In this document: positions 1 to 11,971 of the stretch, one piece after another
Position numbering within the stretch: position 1 is the stretch's first letter
How the letters are laid out: every line of letters begins with the position of its first letter
Origin: the human T2T-CHM13v2.0 reference genome, Homo sapiens
Assembly (NCBI RefSeq): GCF_009914755.1
Contig: NC_060928.1
Direction: 5' to 3' (one strand)
Length of the DNA stretch: 64,000 bases
The notes under the pieces: generated by a model
Told to the model about the DNA's origin: nothing
Seen by the model: only the letters and a program-made list of their open reading frames with translations
The model's database searches: none
Program-made: the position numbers and the translations under genes

Positions 1-872
1 TGTTCTTGGGATTATATTAGATCTAGAGAATCACAGTGTAGAAAGAGTGGGAAAAGAAGGCTTGGTCTATTTGTTCTTGCCAGAACCTGAGTGTTCTATT
101 TGCAGGTAAGCAGCTCTGAAATTATGACATCCATGTGCTCCAAGCCAAACATGATCTCCAAGGAAGCTTCTGTGAACAACCCAGGCTAAGGGTCTTGGGA
201 TCCAGTTCTCCTGAAAACCAGGCACCACGTCCCTCAGTGGGCTGAATCTTCATGAGTTTCTTTTCATGAAGAAAAACACAGGTCTCCACCTTTCAAGGAA
301 CCCACACACCCTGCCATAAAATCACTTTTACCTCAAGAAGAGCTATTCCCCTTTCCAAGAGTCTAGAATTTCAGTGGAGGGACCTCTTACCTTTATTCCC
401 AGATAAAAAGTAATCTGGGTTTCCAGGTCTCAAAGCTCTTGGTTTTTTAGCAGAGGAGAAGGTAAAATGTTTCGCATTTTTTTTTTGTATGGTAATCCTA
501 CAGCCAAAAATAGACACATTTTCTGGACGGCTTCTCCTGCATAAGTAGGTAGAAAGATAAGTAGTGTGTTTGTTTGTGTGTGTGCGTAATTATAAGGCAT
601 TTTGGGTGTAGGATATATATAGCTGTACATTCTGTCCTTGATGAAAAGACAGAAAAATATGGTGCATATTTTTAAAAATGAGAAGTTCTTTTGTAATAAC
701 AGCATCTCAGGAATGAGATAAACTAGCTATTGAGGATACTATCATGTGAGCTTTAAAGTCAGGCTGACTGCCTTATTATTCACCCTTAATTTCCTTTAGA
801 CCCTATCTTGGGACCCAGAATATGAAAGACACTCAAAAAAAAAAAAAAAGAAGAAAAGAAAATGCATGTTAA

Positions 873-1211
<339 letters not shown>

Positions 1212-1873
1212 TTAACTTTATTTAAATAAAACCTCCAAAGTGGGTGTAACCTTCAAAAGATAAATACAAAATACCAAATGGAGTGAATGATTTCATCTTT
1301 ACATAACCACCCCTTTGCTGCTATTATAATGTGACAATGTACATTGCCTGAATCAGTTGCTCCAACATGCACCTCTAGGATAAATTATTAATTCCTCCAT
1401 CTGGAACCCTGTCTTGCCTCTGTCCCTCCTTCTCCAAAAGATTCTCAAATATGGCATAAATGCACAAAGGAATGCAGTGGAAAATGCAAATTCTTTATTG
1501 TTATTTTATACCAAATTTCAATGTATTCTCTCAGTGAGTTAGGCAGCCTTTTTTCTGCTTTCCCTGTCACACTGGTGTAGTCGGCAAGAGTTACTAATAT
1601 AAGGATATGGTGATTAGCCCTGGCAGCAAAAGGGCTTGGTTTTGGGCAGCTTGTGCCCCTGGACTGGTCATATGGAGCTGAAAGCAATCTCCTTCATTAA
1701 CACTAAGTGCCCAGAAAATTGTGTCATTTTCTGCCATAATATGATAGGTAAAACATTGAGGATGCTGTTGGTAAAAGGCAATTCCACAGAAAACACTCCA
1801 AGAAACCAAGGCACAGAGTGCTTCCGTAAAAACATCATTATACTCCTCTCACTAATATTCTACTCCCTAGTAA

Positions 1874-2452
<579 letters not shown>

Positions 2453-4600
2453 AATCACTAATTTTTTTTAGTGGCCCAGTGTCTCCCTCTCTCTTCTTGG
2501 CTTAAATAAGAGGTCAGGAAAAGCAAGCCTGGGAGAAGAGTCTTTTTTTTATTTTTAATATTAGAGATCTGAAAAGGATTTTGAGGTAGACATAAATTGG
2601 GGCCAAATTATAACAGCATTTTTTTCCTTCAATAATCTGGTGGGAAGGAAAAGATTCCTACGCGCCCTTCATCCTCTAGCCTTGATGCCAGATCGACAGC
2701 CAATCACGTCTCTCCACTTCTGAATCATGTCTGAAAATATGCATGAGTGCACATGCAATACCATACTAGAAAACCTTTACTCTTCATCCTAGTCATTTAT
2801 TTGCACAAATAAATGTCTTTTCATTCTGCCAATTCATTCACTCTTTCTCAGATAACAAAACGAGAGGTTTTTCCCCAACATTATGACTCTTGTGTTAATA
2901 TTGATTCCCTCTCTCTTAGTCACTTTTTCAGAACAACAAACTAATTTTATGTTTTTGCAGTATGCCTTCATAGCTTCAGCAAGAATCACTGATTTGGAAC
3001 TTTGTCATATGCTTTCAAACTATGTAAGATTCAGGTCTAAGTTGAATGCAACAGTACAGTATCTCAAAAACTTAACCTAGTTATTGAGGCATGACCTTTT
3101 TGAGGTTGCTTTGTGTTTTTTCTGTCAGCTTTGTTTTTTAAGTGTCTGGTTATTTGATCCCTGAATTGAAGTTTTGAGATTTAATGACTGTCAGATAACA
3201 TAACAATATCCCGGAGTGTGTATATATACCTTGGATAAGAATAGCCACATGAGTTTCACCTTTCTTTTTATTCGTAAGTACTATGAAATGCATATGTCAG
3301 AAGAAATCTTTTCTTCAAAGGCCTATGTCATTGAAGCTGCAAAGAAACCTTTCTCCTGTGTATAGGCAATTATTATTACTTTCCAAGAGGCATATCTGAG
3401 CTGTAGTTGCAAACATGTCACATGCCTCTTCAAAGCTACCTTTCCTTTCATTATGACATGCACTATTTGGGACCTATTTTTTTTCCAACAGCACTGTCAC
3501 AGTTTTCATGTTTTTAGTCTGCATTTACTAAAGAAAAGTTGCCAAGATGGTTCGAGCTTATGTAAACTTTGCTAAGAATAACTACATGATATAGTAATGT
3601 ATGCACAACACAGAGGAGTTTAAAGAAAGGGAGAGGAAGGGAGAAATCTCCAATATAAAAAGGGTGTAGTCTGGTTTGTTATTTTTTACCGTGCAGAATT
3701 ATTCATGAACGTGAATTGTGCTTGTTTCTGTTCTGTAGGTAAGAATTTATTTAAACAGGTCAAATTTGGAGGTCCCTATAGTACATTTTAAAAGGGTGAA
3801 GATTATAGTAAATGAATAACCATGTATAGCACTCATAGAAAAATTTTTAAATGTTTCTATTATTTCATTCTGTTTTGTTCCTGATTATAAATGTTATTGC
3901 TATAGTGCTTTATTTAGTAATCTAGAAATATCAATTGTTCTAACACAAAGCACAAATACACTCTTATATACAAACACCGTCTTGCAAGCACCGAAGACAG
4001 AATTATATCAATGACTTTATCCATCAAACAAAATTTAATATTACTTTAAAGGTTGTTACAGAAACTATAAGCATTCCTAAATTTTCCACCTAACTTTTCT
4101 TCATTTGTTACATAATGGCACCAAATTAAAGACTTCGAGTGTTGCAGAGAGGGTCTGTCCCATTTCTGCCTCTTTAATTGAGGATTCTTTACACAGAGAG
4201 TTCCCTGAGTTGTTAGCAAATTGAAGTTAGCTGCAAATATCCATGGATATTTCAAGGTATTTTCCACAGTCCTTATTCCCCTTATCTAAAGTCTTGATCC
4301 TCTACTTTGTGTTCCTGAACCAAACTCTGGTTCCATTTAGAGTTTTCATAACGCATTCCCTCTGTTTAGCCTTATGGCTGATACTGAAGAGATGCATCTT
4401 TGGGTGGAAAACTCTCTTTTTGTGACCTAGCATTAATAAGATGCCCTCTGTCAGGGGAAGCTCTTGTGAACTGAGAAGCTCGGCTTTCTTTTTATTGATT
4501 AAAGCTTGTAAGGAATAAAATATCATTATGAAGGCATAAATTAAGAAGACTTGGGATAGGAGAAATGCAGAATTTCATTTTGGTTTATTTCTGAAAAATA

Positions 4601-4785
4601 AGTGATCCTTCCACCTCAGCCTCCTAAGTAGCTAGCATGCCCAGCTAATTTTTAAATTTTTATTTTGTAAACATGGGATCTTGCTATGTTGCCCAGGCTG
4701 TTCTCAAACTCCTGGCCTCAAGCAATAATCCCATCTCAGCCTCCTAAAGCACTGGGATTACAGGCATAAGCCAATGTGCCCACCC
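4601..4785 (-). mobile_element. Partial AluJ
   Basis: AluJ-type ttgctatgttgcccaggctg...ctcctggcctcaagcaat; most of the right arm is missing. Confidence 0.85.
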
Positions 4786-5029
4786 TATTTTACCACTGTT
4801 TCTGGAGATAACAGTAGCCTCAATTTTCTGAGACTTTTAAAGATTCTGCAGGTTAGTTCTTGTCTTTCACAATTGCTAGTTGGGGAATTACTTTCCAGGG
4901 TCCCCTAATTCTGTTATCAACAATTAATCTACTTCCAACTTCCAATTTTTTGTCCTTTACAACCTCGTCAGTTTATGGCTAAAATATTATTTTGTTTATT
5001 CCTCTAAAAAGAGATTTTTCTGGTTTATT

Positions 5030-5365
5030 TGCTTTTGTTTGTAATACAGTTTTAAAGTATTTTTCTTAGAAGTATGTGAAACATGATATACTTTCTGATA
5101 TTCTGGATATTCTAAACTAATTTTCATTTGCTCTGACAAATAACTTTAATCTGAGATTAATATAGGAATCCTAGGTTTTAGGTTTCTACTTCCTCACAAT
5201 AGCCTTGATATGCAATTCCACTGTTGCATAAAGAAGTTCAATACTCTGCCGATATTATATATTCTTTGTAGCTAATGTTTTTTTCTTCCTAGAAGCTTAT
5301 ATTTCTCTTTAATCTTAGAATTTAAGAATAATACCAAGGTTTGCTTGGATGTGTGTCTTCTTACC
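5030..5365 (-). mobile_element. Ancient L1M/HAL1 ORF1-region fragment
   Basis: Reverse complement resembles degenerate L1 ORF1 sequence (cctaggattcctata etc.). Boundaries approximate. Confidence 0.5.
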
Positions 5366-5589
5366 AATCTAACGGCATTCATGGGACCGAGGTTTCTGTG
5401 TTATCCAGGGTCCCACTCCTCCATATGCTGCCCAACGTCAAGCTCTTCCTCGATTTGCCATCCCTGGTCCTCACACTAGGGTCATGGTCCTCCCTACCTA
5501 TCAAACTCAATGGAAAGTTTTTTGTTTTAAAGATAAAATCTCATATGAAATTGGAGCAAGTAAAAACAAGAAAATAAGAAAAAGAAAGA

Positions 5590-6810
5590 TAGTTATGAAA
5601 AATAGTCCAGTTTTCCCAACATCCTGTTAATAGGAACTCAAGAAACAGAAAATAGAGAGAAAAACAAATCATAAATAAAATAATTCAAGAGAATTTGTCA
5701 CAACTAAAGTTTCCAACTCAAAAGATCTCATTTGATGCCCAACACAATGGATAAAAGTAGACCCACTCCAAGACACATAATCTTAACATTTTAGAAACAA
5801 GGAACAGAAAAAAATTATGTAAGATTTCATAGAAGAAAAACAATGGATCACATTAAAAAGACAAAGAGGTATTTTCAGATTTCTCAACAGCATTAGAAGC
5901 TAGAAAATTATTTACGCTAAAGAAAAATTATGTCCCACTTAAAATCTATATCAATTATCTGTCCAATGGAAAGGTGAAGACATTTTCAGACCTCCAAGTT
6001 CTCAGCAATTTCACCTTCCACAGACACTTTTCCAGAAATCTGCTAGATAATATGCTCCTCTGAAACTAGGAAGAAAAGAAAAAAGGAATGCATGAGAGGC
6101 TGATAGGAATAGGAGAACTCACTGAGAAAACAGTCCAAAGGAATCCCCAGGATAAGCATGAAAAGATGTGTCCAGAGGACTGTTGTGTGCCAGGTACAGT
6201 AGAAACCGACCTAGCCCAGGGTGATCCAGGTCTGAGGATCTAGAAGAGGTTTCTTTAATATTAATTTGATGATGAGGAGATGTGAATAATTGACAAAGCG
6301 TTTAAGGTTGAACAGTAAAATGTATCTAGAAAACTAAATGAACAAAAATTAAGTCCATACCAAAAAAATTTGTGTTTTTTAAGAGAGAAAATGTAATAAT
6401 CCTAGTTCACTAAGAGATTTAAGTTAGAGCATGATAATGATGTAAACACTAAGGGCTCCAACTAAACCTAGGCTGCAACATAATTAAAAAGGATACAATA
6501 AGACAACAATAAGAAGTGTGGGTGGCAGTAGAGGAGAGGCAAGAAGGATAAAGGCTAAATCCTTATCCTTTATTGTCAAAAATCAATGCACGAAACTGAA
6601 AAACTAAGTAACAATGCAAGCAAGTTTTACTGAGCTATGAAGATAAATACCCGAAGAATCAACTAAAAAAGTTAAAAAGGAGTGCTTCAGGGAAAAAGAA
6701 ACGTGAATGCTCTGAACTGATGTATTTCTTAACAAATCTTATAGAACTATGTGCTCTTTAAACTACAGATGTCGATTATGTGATCATATGTATATAATTT
6801 TAAATAAAAA
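5590..6810 (+). mobile_element. HAL1 (half-L1) fragment
   Basis: A-rich ORF1-like sequence including acattttcagacctccaagttctcagcaatttcaccttccacagacac, which resembles the HAL1 consensus. Confidence 0.65.
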
Positions 6811-8229
6811 ATTAGAAGAAAGATGAAAGAAGAAAGTAAAGTAGAATGGAGGAAGAAAAGGAGGAAAAGATGGATAATGAGATAAGATAAAATAGAAACT
6901 ATCCAAAAGCCAGAAGGACCATGTTTTTATTAAATAGGAATTTTAATATTAAAGGCATCAATCAGAACACCAAATTACATAAGGTACCTACTAAAAAGAA
7001 CCAAGTTACAGTTGTGTTTTGTAATCTAGCCAATCAATATCCTTCCATTCAGCTCCTTTATTTCTTTTCTACGGAAAAACTCAACTAATTTTCCAGCTTT
7101 CTTGCAATAAATTTAATTCTTGGCTGACATTCTACCATGGCCAGAATGCAAGACACTATCTTCCAGTCTTGTCCATTCAGATAGCCTTTTTATTGTTCTA
7201 ACATTGTGTGTGAACTAGGTTTTGGTCTGGAAGGCAATTTTTTCATTATTTCAGTTTGGGCCTTGGTCCATCTTAGGCCAGTTTTTCATTTTGTTAATTT
7301 TTGCTTTACCATTATGTCTCAAATTTTATTCATGAGATATTTTACACATCAATTATATTTTGCATGCATTTTACTTTAATTCATCCAGTATAAATTACTT
7401 CCATTTAGAATTAATCATGGAACCTATAGAGTTTAGGATAATGTTTCCAAAATTTCTAAATTAACAGAAGCCTGTACTTGACAACTATATGGATCATCCA
7501 ATATAATTTAAAATGTGATATCCATCTTAGGAATTTGCATATATCACTGTGTTGATCAGCACACTTTTTCTTACAAGAACATAAACTCTTCTAGCTTAAG
7601 CAAAAATTAATTTAAGTTCTTTTTTCTTTGGACCCAAAATTGAGTTGTATGATCAAATGCAGAACTTAACAGGAGTGCTTTTTTGTTGTTGTTTTTGTTT
7701 TTTGTTTGTTTGTTTGTTTTTGTTTTAAAGCTGCTTTATTTTTCTCTAGGATCTCATAATTTCTTATTTCCACCTCTCAGGTTACAATTGTGTGGTTTTT
7801 GGTTCTTGTTATTGGATAGATCCATCTTTCTCTGCTTTTCCAACCATCCACCTAGAAAAAAAAAATGCTCTCCTACAGTTTTTGAGCAACCAGCGTACAG
7901 GTAGTCTGAAGAGACTCATTACTTCTGCAAACCCCAATTTCAAGTTCCTAGAAGAGAGAATCTGAATCAGATTGAATCTGAAATCCATGGAGTCTAAACA
8001 TTGACCTCTAAAGTTTATTACTGGCGTATGAAAAGGCATTTTTTACAGAGGGAAGACAAACATTGAGGAGACTAACAAGTATCTACTGCTCTGCAGTAAA
8101 TAAATGCAATTAGATCATACAATGTGTTTTAGTACTTTCTAATTCATTATTGACAATGTTGGTCTGTATTCATCACCTTGTTTTCCTTGGTAGTTTTTTT
8201 TTTATTTTTTTGTTTTTTCTTACCAGGTC

Positions 8230-11200
8230 TTTTTTTCTTTTATTTCAACTTTTATTTTATATTCAGTGAGTACATGTGCCAGTTTGTAACCTGGGTATAT
8301 TGTCTGATGCTGAGGTTTTGGAGTACCACTGATCCTGTCACCCAGGTAGTGAGCATAGTATCCAGTAGTAAGTTTTTCAACCCTTTACGCCATCCTCTGT
8401 CCTCCAGTATTTCTCAACCAAAAAAAGAACTACTTTTGGTTTCGTTGATTCTTTGTATGGATTTCGGGGTCTCAATTTCTCTCAGTTCTTCTCTGTGAGT
8501 TTTTAGTATTGTGCAGTGCTCTATGAAATAAAGAAAAATATACTCACTACATGCTGCCTACATTATAGGGACATAAAAAAAACTTTCAAGCACCCTCATC
8601 ACTCTATATATTTCTTATATTGTTTGACTCTTTTACTACCCTTGACCTCATTTCTCATTATCTACTGTTCCCATCTTTATGTCCGTACATACCCAATGTT
8701 TAACTCCCACTTATAAGTGAGAAAATGCAATATTTCCTGATTAATTTGCTTAGAATAATGCCCTTGAGCTGCATCCAGGTCGCTGCAGAGGACATGGTTT
8801 CATTATTTTTATGGCTGTGTAGTATTCCATGCTGTGTATGTACCACATTTTCTTTATCCAATCTGCCGTTGATTCTACGTGTCTTTGCTATTGTGAATAG
8901 CATCACGATGAACAAAAGACTACATGTGTCTTTTCAGTAGAATGATTTATTTTCTTTTGGATATATACCCAGTAATAAGATTGCTGGGTTAAATGGTAGT
9001 TCTATTTTAAGTTATTTGAGAAATCTCCAAACTGCTTTCCACAGTGGCTAAGCTAACTTACATTCCCACCAAATGTATAAGCGTTCCCTTGTCTCCTCAG
9101 CCTCACCAATGTCTGTTGTGTATTGACTTTTTAATAATAGCTATTCTGACTGGTGTGAGATAGTATCTCATTGTGGCTTCGATTTACAATTATCTTATGA
9201 TTAGTGATGTTGAGTGTTTTTTCATATGTTTGTTGGTTGCTTGTATGTCTTCTTTTGAGAAGTATCTGTTCATGTCTTTTGACTACCTTTTAATGGGATT
9301 TTTTTTCTTGTTAAATTATTTAAGTTCCTTATAGATTCTAGACATTAGACCTTTGTTGGATGCATAGTTTGCAAATATTTTCTCCCACTCTGTAGGTTGT
9401 CTGTTTACTCTGTTGATAGTTTCTTTGGCTGTACAGAAGCCCTTTAGTTTAATTAGATCTCACTTGTCAATTTTAGTTTTTGTTGGAATTGCTCTTGAGG
9501 ACTTAATCATAAATTATTTGCCAAGGTTGATGTCCAGAATGGTGTTTCCTAGGTTTTTGTCTAGCATCCTCATAGTCTGTGGTCTTATATTAAAATCTTT
9601 AATCGATCTTGAGTTCAATTTTATGTATGATGAAACGTAGGGGTCAGTTTCATTCTACTGCATATGGCTAGCCAGCTATCCCAGCAACATATATTGAATA
9701 GAAAGTCCTTTCCACTTGCTTATTTTTGTAGACTTAGTTGCAGATCAGATGGCTGCAGGTGTGGGGCTTCATTTCTGGGTTCTCTATCCTGTCTCATTGG
9801 TCTGTGTGTCTGTTTTTAACCATGCTGTTTTGGTTACTGTAGCCTTATAGTATACTTGGAAGTCTGGTAACATGATGTCTCATGGCTTGTTCTTTCTGTT
9901 TAGGATTGCTTTGGCTCTTCAGGTCTTTTTTTGGTGCCACATGAATTTTAGAATAGTTTTTTTCTAATTCTGTGAAAAATTGCATTAGTAGTTTGATAGG
10001 AATGGTGTTGAATATGTAGGTTGCTTTGGGCATTATGACCATTTTAACAATACTGATGAGTATGAAATGTTTTTCCATTTATTTGTGTCATCTCTGATTT
10101 CTTGCAGCAGTGTTTTGTAGTTCTCTTTGTAGACATCTTTCACCTTTTTGGTGAGCTGTATTCCTAGGTAATTTTTGTGTGACTATTGTAAATGGCATTG
10201 CATTCTTGATTTGGCCCTCAGCTTGAACATTATTGTTGCATAGAAATGGCACTAATTTTTATAAATTTATTTTGTATCTTGAAACTTTATTGAAATCATT
10301 TTTATCAGTTTCAGGAGCCTTTTGGCAGTATCATTAGAGCTTTCTAGATGTAGAATCATATTGTCAGTGAAGAGAGACAACTTGATTTCTTCTTTTCCTA
10401 TTTAGATGCCTTATATTTATATCTCTTGCCTGATTGCTTTGGCTAGGACTTTCAATGCTATCTTGAATAGGAGTGGTGAGAGTGGGCATACTTGTCTTGT
10501 TCCAGTTCTCAAGGGGAATGATTCCAGCTTTTGTCCATTCAATATGATGTTGGCTGTGAGTTTGTCATAGATGACTCATTATTCTGAGGTACGTTTCTTC
10601 AATGCCTAGTTTGGTGAAGGTTTTTATCATGAAGGGATGTTGAATTTCATCAAAGGCTGTTTCTGCATTTATTCAGATGATCATATGGCTTTTGTTTTTA
10701 ATTCTCTTTATGCAGTGATCACATTCATTGATTTGCATTTGTCGAACCAACCCAGCATCCCAGTAATCAAGCATTCTTGATCTTAGTGAATTAACTTTTT
10801 GATGCGCTGTGGATTCAACTTGCAAGTGTTTTGTTGAGGATTTTTGCATTTATGTTTATCGGGATGTTGGCCTGTGTTTTCATTTTTCATAGTATCTTTG
10901 CCAGGTTTTGGTATGAAAGTGATGCTGGCTTCATAGAATGAGTTGGGAAGAAATGCCTCTTCCTTGTTTTTTTTTTTTCGAATAGTTTCAGTGGAATTCG
11001 TATCAGCTCTTCTTTGTATGTCTGGTAGAATTCAGCTGTGAATCCATCTGGTCAGGAGCTTTTTGCGTTGGTAGGTTTTTTATTACTAATTTATTTATTC
11101 AATTTTGAAACTTGATACTGGTTTGCTTAGGGTTCCAGTTTCTTCCTGTTTCAATCTTGGGAGGTTGTGTGTTTCTGGGAGTTTATCCATTTTCCCTAGA

Positions 11201-11445
11201 TTTTCTACTTCATGTGCATACAGGAGTTCTATAATAGTCTCTGAGAATTTTTTGTATTTCTGTAAGATTGGTTATAATGTTATCTTTGTCATTCCTGATT
11301 GTGCTTATTTGGATATTCTTTTTCTTTGTTAATCTAGCTAGCAGTATATTGATCTTGTTTATCCTTTCAAAAAAAAAAACTACTTTTGGTTTTGGTGATT
11401 CTTTGTATGGATTTCGGGGTCTCAATTTCTCTCAGTCCTGCTCTG
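8230..11445 (-). mobile_element. 5'-truncated L1 (L1PA15/16-like), about 3 kb, degenerate ORF2 3' half and 3'UTR
   Basis: Antisense L1 3'UTR from about 8240. ORF-track fragments 8700-8915 and 9845-10078 resemble ORF2p (e.g. [21 protein letters not shown]). Interrupted at 8417-8649 by a templated insertion. Confidence 0.95.
8417..8649 (+). repeat. Direct duplicate of 11369-11597, inserted in the L1 3'UTR
   Basis: About 12 differences over about 225 aligned bp by manual count. Flanked by ATTTCTCA at 8409-8416 and 8650-8657. Confidence 0.95.
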
Positions 11446-11880
11446 TGAGTTTTTAGTATTGTGCAGTGCTCTATGAAATAAAGAAAAATATACTCACTAC
11501 ATGCTGCTACATTATAGGAATATAAAAAAACTGTCATGCACCCTCATCACTCTATATATTTCTTATATTGTCTGACTCTTTTACTACCCTTGACCTCTTA
11601 ATCACTTTCTTGTGACTACTTAGTTGGTTTATTATTATAATCAAATCAACATCAGTATTCTTTTATATGTACATTTTCCATTCACTTTTGCTGATAACAT
11701 CTTGTCTGTTAGTGTTTATAGCAACTGCTTCAAATCTTTTTCGAAATGAGAAAGCATACAAGCATACATCTGAATGTAAATAAATCAGTCACAATCTCAA
11801 GTCCTACTGATGTCTCTTTTTTCAAAATATTTAACCTTGGATTAAATTTTTTATCAAGTATTTAAACTCTGCTGCAGGTA

Positions 11881-11971
11881 GGCTGGGCACGATGACTCAT
11901 GCCTATAATCCCAGCACTTTGGGAGGCAGAGGTGGGTAGATCTCTTGAGCTCAGGCATTCAAGACCAGCCT
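11881..11971 (+). mobile_element. Alu left-monomer fragment (FLAM/AluJ)
   Basis: ggctgggcacgatgactcatgcctataatcccagcactttgggagg...aagaccagcct, then similarity ends. Confidence 0.88.

Noticed and set aside
5030-6060. Opposed ORF1-like fragments suggesting an inverted duplication
   Set aside because: The two pieces are too dissimilar to each other. Independent ancient L1M/HAL1 insertions explain them better.
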